From Piromyces finnis finn (taxonomy: Eukaryota > Fungi > Neocallimastigomycota), in contig MCFH01000032.1 in the NCBI GenBank assembly GCA_002104945.1, forward strand, positions 1 through 64,000: a stretch of DNA of 64,000 nucleotides, read 5' to 3'. The notes below the pieces were generated by a model. It was given only the letters and a program-made list of their open reading frames with translations. It did no database searches and had not been told where the DNA came from. Positions 12,804 to 25,900 of this stretch are shown piece after piece. The position numbers and the translations under genes are program-made. Within the stretch, counting starts at the first letter, position 1; every line of letters begins with the position of its first letter.

Positions 12804-14044
12804 ATGATGGATGCATCAAAACTACAAAGGGCTATTCCACAGTTAAATGAATATGGAAAGGACGTGGATAGTTGGATGGAAGAATTTTCTCGGATAATAG
12901 AAATCTATGACATAACTGAGCCTAGAAGAATTTTTATATGGGCTAAGGAGGCTGTCGACTGTGATATTAAAGAAGTATTAAATTCTTTAGTAAAAAGAAG
13001 AAACAACGAAATGCACTACCCAAAATTCAAAGAAATCCAAGTAGCTATAGAAGAGTACTTAGATAAAACTCCTAATGAAAAATGTTCTAACCTAAAACTC
13101 CTGAAAATTAGGGATAATGAAACAATTAAAAATTTTAACTATAGATATTTAAAATTATACCATCATTTAGATCATGACTATATGAGGTTGATATCTGTAG
13201 AGGATTATCTAAATGCTATTAAAACGAGAGTATATCCACACTCTCAGGTTATTATTTCAGAATGTGAAACACTAACAGAAGCTTTTAAGCTGAAAAGGCC
13301 GAGAAGAAACCAATGAATAATAATTATATTAACAACAATAATAACGCTAATACTGCTAACATAAATATGTTAACCCAAAATTACGGATATCCCTCTCTTT
13401 TGAATCATCCAATATACAGTACCCTTACTAATCATATCTACCCAGATGGTTATTCTAATATGAATTATGAAAGAAATTATAATAATATGGATATGTACGA
13501 TCAACCTAGAAATTTTTACAATAATCATAATAATTATAATAATCACTTAAGGTATAGTAATTACAACACTTATGAAAATAGTCCTAACCTCAATAATAGT
13601 GGCAATCCTAGAAACAATAATCGATTCGGAAATGTTAACAAAATAGGATATATTAAAAACGCTAATAATTTTAATCAAACCAAATTTGGTAATTTTAGCA
13701 CTTTCAATAATAATAATTCTAATAATGGAAATATTGAATTTAATAAAGATGAAAATGGAAATATTAATGTAAATAATCACCAGGGATATAATAATAATAA
13801 TAATAATTATAATAAAAATAATACACCTAGTGGAGGATATAATTCTAACCCTGGCTTACAAAACAATTCTTATGGTAATAAGCTTAGGGCCATTCAGTGT
13901 TATAGATTTAAACAGCATGGTCACAAAGCCAGTGTCTGTCCATATTCCATGGAACAGATTAGGATGTTTCAAAACGGTACTAATAATAAAGAAGTAAATA
14001 ATAAAGATGGAGGTAACAATGTTAAGCATTTAAACTCCAATTAG
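12804..14044 (+). pseudogene. Ty3/gypsy gag (family H), split by one frameshift near 13290
   Basis: ORFs 12804-13316 and 13313-14044. Capsid-like N-terminal part, Asn-rich linker, degenerate zinc knuckle QCYRFKQHGHKASVCP. Confidence 0.75.
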
Positions 14045-16440
14045 GGAAAAGGATAACTCCCAATAATCAAACCGTCATTAATGGAAAATATAATGAAAAT
14101 AACGATAATAAGAATATAAATTTATTCAATTATTTAAATAATAAAAATCCACTTTATAATAATGATAACATACAGTATTCTAATAATCAATATGAAAATA
14201 ATATTAATTATGCTCAAAAAGAAATTAATTTAAATAATAGGAATACTACCTCTTACGGAACTAGTTTTAATTATTCCAACAATGAAAAATATAAAGCTGA
14301 AAATAATAATGGGATGAATACTGATTATTCTATGAATGTATTAAACCAGAATGAAATTAGTAATATGTACTCTGAAATTGTTGCTGTTGCTACTAGAAAG
14401 AATAATAATAATAATAAGAAAACATTTACCCTATATAAAGTACACCAGGTAAATTAAAAGATAATCCTGTACCAATATCTCCACAGTTTCTTGATTTGTC
14501 ATTTATTAATCAACCTAATATAACAAATGCAAAGAAGATGTAAAGATATAAAGTATATCTTTAAATTATTTAATAATTAATTAATAATTATTGAATAATA
14601 ATTTTGATATTTTAATGAAAAAATTGTTTATAAAATTTATTGTATAAATTTTATGGAACAATTAAATAAAGATTAATTTTAAAATATCAAGGTTACAAAT
14701 GAAATCTGGATAAATATTTAAATTAATGGATAATTAAATTTAAATATTTTAAATATTCAAATTAAATCTTAAAAAGTTTTTATTTAATTAAAATTAGTTT
14801 AATAACTTTAGCGTAGTTTGAAATTAGCATTTTTAATTATAAATATATAATAAATAGTATTATTAATATTTAATTAATATATAGGTAATACATGGACTGT
14901 ATTCAATTTGCAGTTTACTCAAATTGAATCAAAAGTGTATTTAATTAGTTTTAGTTTAGTTTTATTATTTTATTATTTAATTAAATTAGTATTAAATTAG
15001 TTTTGTTTATTTTATATTGAATATATGTATAATTAAATAGAATAGTATATTAAAATATAATTTACAAAAAATATAAATATATGTAAAATTTCTTGATTAA
15101 AACGATGTAATTGTTATTGACTATTATTTAGTTAATAACTAAATAAAATTAATAAAAGAGAGAGTTTAAATAGATTTTGTTTTTCTTGTTTCTTTTTATT
15201 TATTTCGTGTTTTATGTTTTATTGTAAAATTTTATAATCTGTTTTTTTATAAACTTTTACAGAAGAAAAATAAGTTAGATAGAATAAATGAACTTTAAAA
15301 TTTAGTTAGTGAAATTAATGAAAATAATAATAAAGCAGATGAGCCATTGACAAAAAATGAAAAACATATTAAAATACTTGAGAAGTTGGAAAACATGTAC
15401 ATTGAAGATTTGATTCGGGATATTGTATCAACGGAAGTCAAAACTAAGTTAGTAAATTTGCTAGACTGGTTCCCTAAATTTAGAAGTGAATTTATAAAAT
15501 CTTTAAAGTTAACTTCATTTAAAAACCCAGCATTAAATGTTATGTCACTTTTTAGTAGAAATAAAATTATTAAAGTACCTGGTGAAGTTGAAAATAATAA
15601 TGCGGAAATTTTCTTGGATACATGTTCTAGTGTTAATTTAATTACTAAATCAGCATTAAAGAAATTTAAAATCAACAAACCTTGTATTGGTACAATTACT
15701 GAAACTTTTCTACAAGCTTTCTCTAATAATAATTTTAATTCTAGTATTTATGAATTAAGTATAAAAATTGGTGATCTTACCTTTTCTGAATATTTTAGAC
15801 TGGTAGACAAAGATGACATTTTTGATATACTAATTGGGGTTGATTCTTTAAAAAGAAATCGATTTGTTATTAACTTAGTGGATGATATTTTATATTTTAT
15901 AGATTTAAATAATAATCCAATTAAACTTACCAATTTGTGCTACGATATTAATATATACAATAATGGAAATGACAATAAACAAAATGAAGTTAATAATGAT
16001 AAAGAGCAAAATAATACTGATAATGTTAATCACACTAATTTTGATGATTATTACCTTTCAACATATGGAATATTACCAGCATTAATTACGATCTCTAGTG
16101 AATCAACTACTAATAATCAAAGTTCAGATATAAAATTGGATAATTTAGAAATTAAAAGAAACATAATAAATAATATTATTACTGTATTACCTTTGGATAT
16201 CCAAAACAAGATGAAGGATGTCTTTAATACCTTTATGGAGGTAATAGCCATTAAAACAGATGATTTAGGTAAGACTAAATTACTTCCTCATCATATTGAC
16301 TTGCTACCAAATACTAAACCGATTAAGCAGAGAGCCTATAGATTACCGAAAGTTAAAGCTGATGCTTTAAAAGTAGAACTTACTAAGCTCATAGAGAATA
16401 GTCTTATTGAACCATCTCATTCACCATGGATGATATTCTT
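14029..16440 (+). pseudogene. Family H pol 5' part (protease and start of RT), interrupted by a solo LTR
   Basis: -1 frame is open 14029-14457. ORF 15347-16459 has protease motif FLDTCSSVNLI and RT start PIKQRAYRL...LIEPSHSPW. Confidence 0.75.
14539..15261. mobile_element. Solo LTR (family P) inside H pol
   Basis: TGTAAAG...CTTTTACA termini, 5-bp TSD GAAGA (14534-14538 / 15262-15266). Confidence 0.8.
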
Positions 16441-18222
16441 ATATTTTCAAAAACCTTAGAAGAACATCACCAACATATACGTGAAGTTCTTTCAAAACTA
16501 TTAGAAAATAATTTATACGCTAAGCTTCCTAAATGTGAATTCGACAAACCACAAGTTGAATTCTTAGGGTATGTTATTTCAGGTTCAGGAATTGCTACCG
16601 ACCCAAAAAAGATAGAATCAATCAAAAATTGGCCTACTCCTATCACAGTTAAGGATGTACAAAGATTTTTAGGTCTTTGTAACTACTATAGACGCTTTGT
16701 AATGAATTTTGCAAACTTGGCTAAACCCCTCCACAACTTAACAAAAAAGAATGCAAAGTTTAAGTGGTCTACAGAATGTGAATCCTCATTTAATATTTTA
16801 AAAACTCGTTTAACTTCCGCACCTATTTTATCACATCCTGATCCTCAAAAACAATATATTTTAGAATGTGATGCAAGTAATGTTGCTATTGGTTCTATAC
16901 TTTCTCAATATGATTCAGAAAATCGTTTACATCCTGTTGCTTACTATTCCAGAAGTCTCAGTAGTTCTGAAGTTAACTATTCTATAACAGATAAAGAATT
17001 ATTAGCCATTAAGGATTCTTTCTCTACTTGGAGGCACCTTCTTCTTGGTGCTAAGCATAAAATAAAAGTCTACACTGATCATAGAAACTTACTTTATACT
17101 CTTGGAGGAAAAGTAGGTAATCAAAGACAACATCGCTGGCACCTTTTCTTTCAAGAATACGATTTTGAACTTATATACAGACAAGGTCGTAAGAATGGTA
17201 AACCTGATAGTCTATCTCGCAGACCTGACTACATGGACAAGACATATGAAGTAAAGCCAGAATTTATTTTAGACTCAAAAAATGTAAAACTAATACCAAG
17301 CTTCATAGGTATTATGAGTAACTTCTTGGAACAAGTTATTCAATACTTAAAGGACGACGAAACTGCTAAGGATATTATGCTATATTTCAGCCCATATAAT
17401 GACCAAAAGGCTTATAAACCATTTAGGAAAATGAACAAGTTTGAATTAAAAAATAATCTTATTCTATATAATAATTTAGTTTATATTCCTGAAAAACTAC
17501 GTTTAGATGTTCTTATGAAATATCATGAACAACCCTCTGCTGGACATCATGGTGTAAAAAGAACTTTAGAATTGATAACTCGAAATTTTTGGTGGCCTAA
17601 AATTAAGGATGATGTCACTAAATTTGTTAATTCTTGTGAAACATGCGCAAGAAATAAAGTAACTAGACATCGTAAGTATGGAAAATTGCAACCTTTAGAT
17701 ACTCCAGAACGTCCATGGAAATCCATAGAAATTGACTTTCTTTGTGGCCTTCCTGAGTTTAAAGGGTACACCGTTATTATAGTAGTGGTTGACTGCTTTT
17801 CCAAAATGATTCACCTAGTTCCGTTTAAACAAATTCCAAATGCAGCACAAACTGCAAAAGCTTTTTTGAATAATGTATATCGTTTACATGGTCTCCCTTA
17901 TTATTTATATACTGATAGAGGCTCACAATTCACAAGTGATGTTTGGCTCGAAATTTTGGATTTATTATATATTCATCCAAGAATAGCTACTACTGACCAC
18001 CATGAAACTGTTGGACAGGTTGAGAGGTCAAATTCTTTTATTAAACAGTATCTTAGATGTTATTCCAAGTCTTTCTATCATGACGACTGGGTTGACTGGC
18101 TTCCACTTGCAGAATTCGCTTATAATAATGCTGTTAATGAATCAACCAAAGAAACACAATTCTTCATTAATTATGGTTTTCATCAATCTTTACAAAGATT
18201 TAATTCCATAAAACTATTCTAA
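16426..18222 (+). pseudogene. Gypsy pol fragment: RT C-half, RNase H, integrase core (closely related to element F)
   Basis: MDDILIFS, ECDASN, DHRNL, HHCC zinc finger, EIDFL / TDRGSQF / GQVERSN. 3' truncated where a B-like LTR begins. Confidence 0.9.
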
Positions 18223-18970
18223 ACTATTTATACTATTTGTAATTTTACATTTAGTAATAAAATAACTTTTAATACATGATTAAATTCATAATATATTTTA
18301 TAATACTAAAGTTAAACTTAAGGCTTAATCTTAATTATTAAGTTTAAGTATTGTTAATAATATTTATAATATTAATTATTATTTAATTCATTGAATATAA
18401 TATTAATAATTATAATCTTTTGATTCAAAGATTATAAGATATGTTATTGAAATAATAATTATAAAATAAAGTTAATTAATTCCGGAAAATAATTTTAATT
18501 TAATTAAAACAATAATTTATATCCTTTTGGGTGAATGATTTATGTTCAATACATCAGGGGTGATCATTCTCTGAATAAACAATTAATCATTACTAACAAA
18601 ATATCTTTAAATTGGAATATCTCGTGAACCAGCAGAGATATTGACCTGATTTTAAGATATGTTGCTCATCTCGAGCGTGGCTTTCTAACGAGCCCATAAT
18701 TTCCAAAACACAATTATCCAAAATCGCTATTCGTTAAGGAGATACGGGTGTTTTTCCTTATTTAATTTTGACGATAAGGGTTAAAGTTATTTTTTATAAA
18801 ATTATTAAGGATTAAGGTCATATCTTAACCTTTTCTAAATTTCTTAAATATTTCTTAATATAATTTTATAATTTATTTGGAAATTAAATATTGTTGATTT
18901 TGAAATTTTATAAGTAATTTCACAATTTCAAGTGATCTTGAAATTGTAGATTTCACTAGTATTCGTGACA
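18205..18970. mobile_element. Diverged, left-truncated LTR of family B
   Basis: Homologous to 22085-22858 with many substitutions; ends TTCGTGACA at 18970. Confidence 0.8.
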
Positions 18971-18975
18971 TTTTA

Positions 18976-19971
18976 TGTTAAGTTTTTGGATTTGGTTATG
19001 CGGCCAGGTCAGAATGTTATCAATTATATAGTAAATATGTTTTTTAAGAAATTAAATTTAAATATAAAATAACACTTTAAACTTCCAAATGAAAAATTAA
19101 TATTTATTTTTTAGAATAACTTTTTATAAAATTTTATTTATTTAGTAATAATAATATAAATGATAATATATTTAATAACTATATAATTAAGATTATAACT
19201 ATAATCTTTACAAAGAATTAAAATCAAATTCAATTCATTCTATTTTATATTCTTTGTTCAGATTATTAAATTGATAAAAATAAAGTATTACATGTAATAT
19301 GTTAATAATATAATAAGATTGTTTGTTTGTTTATTTGTTTGTTTTGTCATGACATAAAAATAAAATAAACATATGATTAATCATTTAAACACTTGACCCG
19401 TTAACCTGTTTTATAATAATTAGAATTATTTAATTTATAAATGTTAACTGTTACACCTAAATGGTTTAGTTCTATTTTTAGTAACAGTCACTATCATTAA
19501 TTAAATTAATATAATTAAAATTTCTATTGATATATTTTTAATTTTCGTCAAGTCATAAGAAATGTCTATGATCCATACTTGATATCATATTGATTTTAAT
19601 TTACTTATTAAAATCTTCAAATGACCATATCTTTCTTAAATGACCAGTTAGAAGGACCGCGATTATACCAAAATATAGCTTTTCCCTTAAGCTTTCTAAT
19701 AAACCTGGTTTCATATCCGTAGCACTTACAGCCGTAGCGATCATTTTTGGCGAGTTATGCCTAGTTTCGTATTTGTTTATTTTTGGTTAAGGGTTATAGT
19801 GTATTGATATTAAATTTTTGAAATCATAACCCTTTCACTGAATCAAAATTTAAAAGGTGACTTTTAAAGGTGTTTTAAAATAATTGTTGGAATTATTTAA
19901 TTATAATTATTATGTTTAATTAATTATAGATATTATCTGAATTTGTTTTAAATCCAGTTAATATCTTCACA
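18976..19971. mobile_element. LTR family G copy
   Basis: TGTTAAG...ATCTTCACA; inverted homolog of 11191-12187. Confidence 0.75.
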
Positions 19972-20027
19972 ATTTTAATAAGAAATATAGAATTACTTAA
20001 GTTTAATTCCAATTTATTACGTATAAA

Positions 20028-20829
20028 TGATATAATTTGATAATAATCTTAATTTTGAATTTTACTTCAAAAAGTGATTATTATATTATATCTTTTGTTA
20101 TAACTATATAAGTTATATTTATTAAGATTTAAAATCGTTTTTATAAAAATTAATAAAATTGTTTTGTTAAAACACTAAATTGTTTTATTAGAAACACTTG
20201 TTTTTCTAATATTTAAATATTTAAAATTATATTTATTTAAGTATAAAAGTGATTATTAAAATTATAAAATATTAATCTAACTATATAATATTTCTTTATT
20301 AATAATAATAATAATGATTAAAATAAGAATATTTACATGTATTTATATTTTCTTTTAAATTTAAACTATTTACATTAAAATAATAAAATTAATAACTATT
20401 TACAATAAAAGTAATTAGAAATAACAATAAAAGAAATAATTAAAAGTTAAAGAATATAAAAAGTTGTTTATTTTACAATTAATTAAAGTAATAATTATTT
20501 TTAATGTTTTAATAAAGTTGTTTAATTATATTATTTTATAACATGAATTATTATATTTGTTTACTTTTAAAGTGTAATTTACTAACGAAGTTATTAAATA
20601 TTTAATTTAACAATTAATTTAACAAAAGTTATATATTTTGATCTCGATTAATTAAAGTTTATTATTTTCTTTCAATAATCAAAATATATGCAGTGTTTAG
20701 GATTAATTTCATTTTAGAATTTTAGTAAAGTACTTAATTAAACTATACCTTATTTTAAGTTACTTTTAGGGTTAACTTAAAAATCAGGTTTAATAATAAT
20801 TTTATATTTATTAATTTCATTATTTATCA
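20028..20829. mobile_element. Solo LTR family E
   Basis: TGATATAATTTG...ATTATTTATCA; homologous to 46605-47385 and 37059-37649. Confidence 0.75.
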
Positions 20830-21039
20830 ACTGTAAGAAATAATAATTATTTGATATATAATTAATATTTCTTAGTTAAAATCATTAATTATTAAACATT
20901 AATTAATGTTATTAATATTAGTTTATTTAAATAATTATTCTCATTTAAATTTATTTTAATTATTTATTTTCACTTAATTTTAATATCTTAAATTACATTT
21001 AGCCATTTAATTATATTATTCATTAATATTTTATTTAAT

Positions 21040-21297
21040 ATTTTTATTCATTCAAGATGTATTAAACCATAACATATATATATTTAATAATACAAGAGTT
21101 ATTAAATATTAAAACTTTATAATTAAATAAAATAATTTTATATTTTAAACTAACAAAGACTTGCAAATGAACAAGTATAAAAATCATTTATTCTATTTTT
21201 ATTTTCTTATTTATTTTTATTTATTAAATTTTAGATACAAATATTATCACTTTCTATATTCATTTATAGAATTAAGATAATATTTTTCTTCGTATCA
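21040..21297. mobile_element. Terminal fragment of LTR family D
   Basis: Near-identical to ~46345-46599, ends TTCGTATCA one base before the TSD of element A. Confidence 0.75.
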
Positions 21298-21755
21298 AAT
21301 TTCTGTAAAAGGTGTTTTTATAATATTAGTTAATAAGTTATTAATATTTAGCTAATTAAGTTAGTTATTACCTCTCTATACGAGTTAATAACTAAATAAA
21401 GTTTTATAAAAAATAATAAAAGAAATAAAATAAATATTATAACACTAAAGTAATTACAAAAAAAAACGTATAAAGATTTTATGAAATAATGTTTACTTAA
21501 ATAATTCTATATTAATTATATCTTTTATTTATTAATTATAATTATATACATTAATTATTATTATAGTTACTAATTTACTTTAATACTAACGCTAAAGTAT
21601 TTTACGTTAGTTTCAACTATACTATTTAACTATATTAGTTTATTTTCTTTACCACTTGATTGGGTAAAGTAAATAAACTTCCTATTTAATTAATAACCAT
21701 TAATATATGGTTATACATATATCTGGCCAATAAATGGTGACCAGAATATATGGTT

Positions 21756-22858
21756 TGTAAAAGTTTTACTAAACTTATAATTTAATATTAAAATATTAAA
21801 TTAAATAAAAGGTTAAAAGATAACTAGGTTAGAAAAAAAAAATGTTTTATTAAAATAATCTTAATTGATTTATAAATGAATAATTAAATTATATATTATG
21901 GTTAAAATAATTTCTTTTATTTTATTTAATGATATATTGCTAAAATATATAATAATAAGATTATTTAGTAGTAATACTCATTAAGTATTAATTATTATTA
22001 ATAGTTAATAATTTATAGTTAATAATTTAATAATTTATGGTTAATAATTTTTGGTTAATAATCTTTACAAAGATTTTAATTTCATAACTATTCTAAACTA
22101 TTTATACTATTTGTAATTTTACATTTAATAATAAAATAACTTTTCAATACATGATTATATTCATAATATATTTTATAATACTTAAACTAAACTTAAGACT
22201 TATTCCTAATTATTAAAAAATAACTATTGTTTATAATATTCATAATATTAATTATTTCTTAATTATAATATAATTCATTGAATATAATATTAATAATTAT
22301 AATCCTCTAGTTCAAAGATTATAAATTATGTTATTGAAATAATTATTATAAAATAAAGTTAATTAGTTCCGGAAAATAATTTTAATTTAATTAAACAATA
22401 ATTTTTTATACTTTGAGTGAATGATTTATGTTTGATATATCAGGGGTGATCATTCTCTGAATAAACAATTAATCATTGCTAACAAAATATCTTTAAATTG
22501 GAATATCTCGTGAACCAGCAGAGATATTGACCTGATTTTAAGATATGTTGTTTGTCTCGAGCGTGGCTTTCTAACGAACTTAATTATAACCAAAACATTT
22601 TTATTCAAAAATCGTCATTCGTTGAGGAGATACGCGTGTTTTTTCTTATTCCATTTTAACGATAAGGGTTAAAGTTATTTATTATAAAAATTATTAAGGG
22701 TTAAGGTCATATTTTAACCTTTTCTAAATTTTTAAATATTTCTTAATAAAATTTTATAATTTATTTGAAAATAAAATATTTGTTGATTTTGAATTTTCAT
22801 AAGTGATTTCACAATTCCAAGTGATCTTGAAATTGTAATTTCACTAGTATTCGTGACA
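21756..22858. mobile_element. Solo LTR family B inserted in the 3' LTR of A
   Basis: TG...CA termini, 5-bp TSD TGGTT (21751-21755 / 22859-22863); empty site visible at 5291 and 31501. Confidence 0.93.
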
Positions 22859-22933
22859 TGGTTTCAATTGAAATATTTGTGGGCAAACTTATGGCCACAA
22901 ATATTTCTTACAATGCCCCCCTAAGGAGAAAAC

Positions 22934-25900
22934 CTAGGTGGGGTTTTGGACACTAACCATGAATTCCTGGTAGCATTTATCTTGAAATTCCTTGAGTAGC
23001 TTATCATAGTGGGAGTTCTTGTCAATGATATCAGCATCAACCCACTCTTGCCTAAAGTCACTAAAGGTAGCTAAGTATTGGTAGTTATCCTTCTTTCTTC
23101 TAGCATTCATGATTTTGATGATTTTCTGGTAGCCCACTGGTGCAGGTGTTAGTTCTTCAGGTTTGTTATGGTAGGGTTCAAGTTCACTGATATGAAACAC
23201 TGGGTAGACGTTGGGGAAAGGTGACTTGCTGATATCCAACCGGTAGTTAAGCTTGCTTTCATCAATTCCAATAACCTTGAAGGGACCGTACTTTCTTGCT
23301 TGTAGCTTGTAGAAGGGAAGAGGGTTGTAATTTTCTGGTTTTCTTAACCACACCAAATCCATGAGTCTAATTTTAGGGTAGTTAAGTTCTCTTCTATGGT
23401 CCAAGTGGTCTAAGAACCGTGTTCTTGATATGTCCAGCATGTGCTTTAAGTTACCTAAGTTGTGAGCGAAGCTATCTAATACAGGAGCTTCGCCAAGTGA
23501 GTGGACAAGTTCTGAATCTTGAGGGTTCATATGTACCTGGTAGTTATACAAGGCTAGGAATGGGGACTGTTTAGTAGAACTGTGCACTGCATTATTATAA
23601 CAGAACTCAGCTAAGTACAAGTACTTCAACCATTCGTCGTCATCAAAGGTCTTCACAAAGCATCTAAGGTACATACTTACGTAGGAGTTGTTACGTTCTA
23701 CCTGACCAACTGTTTCATGATGGCCAGTAGTAGCAAGGTTTACTTCTACACCAAAGAACCCCATAATGTCCTTCCACAACTTACTAGTGAACTGGACACC
23801 ACGATCCGTAGTAACCGATTTGGGACAACCATGTAACTTGAATACATGTTGTAAGTATGCTAATGCTGTTTCTTTAGCAGTAGGCATACTCCTAAATCCC
23901 ACTAAGTGTATCATTTTGGTTAACTTATCGCTACAAACCATGATACAACCTCTTCTAGTGACTTCTGGGGGTTCTGATGGACTACTACCTGGTTTTCTGC
24001 GTTCCTTAATAGGTAGGTCCGTCAGGAAGTCAATTTCTACTTCTTGCCAAGGTAAGTCTGCAACTTTTACCCTAGCAGCGCTACCATACGGCTTGTGTCT
24101 GTTGTCCTTTTGGGTACAACATATGGTACAAGCTTTAATATAACCCGCAATGTCATCCTTCATTTTTGGCCAGTAATAGTTTCTGACTATCAGGTCGTAA
24201 GTCTTATCCTTTCCTAAGTGACCCGCTGTTTCACTATCATGGTTAAGTTTTATGATTGTTTCCCTTAACACCTTTGGTACATATGTACGTTCTGGTGCAT
24301 CCTTTCTAACAATCAACCCATTAACCATCAACCACTTCTTTTTGATGAGCTTGTGGCCTCTTTTTGCGTCAAGACCATCTCTAATTTCCCTAGCAAGCTC
24401 ATCCGTGTTGTAAGCTTGTTTCAATTCTCCCACAAAGCTTACTTCTAACACCGCATAGCACTCTTCTTCCACGGGTGGAAATTCTTTTACCTGTTCAGGT
24501 CGAAGGAGGCTAGCTTTTTCCATCTCCAGTTGTACCTGTTCTGGAGATACCATTCTTGATAGGATATCGGCTCTACCATTCATTTTTCCTGGCCGATATA
24601 TTATTTCGAAGTTGTATGCAGCAAACAGCTCTTGCCATCTTGCCTGTCTTGCTGTCAACAACTGTGGTTTTGTGGCGAACAGGAGATTCCTATGGTCACT
24701 ATATACTAGGACCTTATGTTTCGCACCCATCAACAGGTGTCGCCACTCGATGAAAGCATTCCTAATAGCCAACAACTCCTTTTCCGTGATGGAGTAGTTG
24801 ATTTCTGCTTTCGTAAGCTTCTTGGAATAGTAATACACAGGGTGTAGTTCATTGTCATCGCCTAGTTGTGATAGTACACCACCCACCGCGTAGTTACTAG
24901 CGTCGCACTCCACTATGAACTGACGGTCATGGTCAGGATATGCTAATACTGGTGGAGACAACAGCATTTCTTTTAACTTCTCGAACGCCTGGATGCGTTC
25001 TTCATTCCACAGGAACTGTACTTTTTTGGACGTCATAGCATATAACGGCCTTGCTATCTTAGAGAAGTCCTTTATAAACTTCCTATAATAGTTGCAGAAT
25101 CCGAGGAATGACTGTAGTTCTTTGAGGTTGGTTGGTTGTGGCCAACTTGCTACAGCTTTTAACTTCTCTGGGTCGGTTTTAATACCATATTTTCCAACTA
25201 CATGACCCAGGAATGCAAGTTCTTCCTTGTGGAACTCACACTTCGCTAATTTAGCTACTAGACGATTATCTATTAGCTTTTGTAGGACTCTTTTTACATG
25301 CCCTACATGCTCTTCAAGTGACTTGGAGTAGATGATGATATCATCCAAGTACACTTGACAGCAGTCATTGATTTCCTCTGCCAGCACCGTATTAATGAAC
25401 CCTTGGAACGTGGCAGGAGCATTAGTCAACCCAAATGGCATCACTAGATATTCATAATGCCCAAACTTGGTTGAGAATGCCGTCTTGTATTCGTCACCTT
25501 CACGAATACGCACGAGGTTGTAGGCAGACTTCAAATCCAACTTGGAGAAGATAGTCGCGCCTTTCATAGCCTCGAACACTTGACTGATGAGTGGTAAGGG
25601 GAAGGAGTTACGCACTGTTACCTTATTAAGACGCCTATAATCAGTACATAATCGTCTTTCACCACTCTTTTTGGGCACGAATAACACAGGATAACCTGCA
25701 GGACTCTCTGACTTCCTGATGAAGCCCTTTGCCAGGTTTTCCTCTATATATTCCTTCAATGCTTTTTCCTCTTCTGGATTGAAGGGATATATAGGCCCTT
25801 TATGGAGACTAGCCTCCGGCTCCAGGTCGATCTTACAGTCGTAAGGACGGTGTTCTGGTAGCTGGTTAGCTATCTCTTCATTAAATGCTTCTTTGAAATT

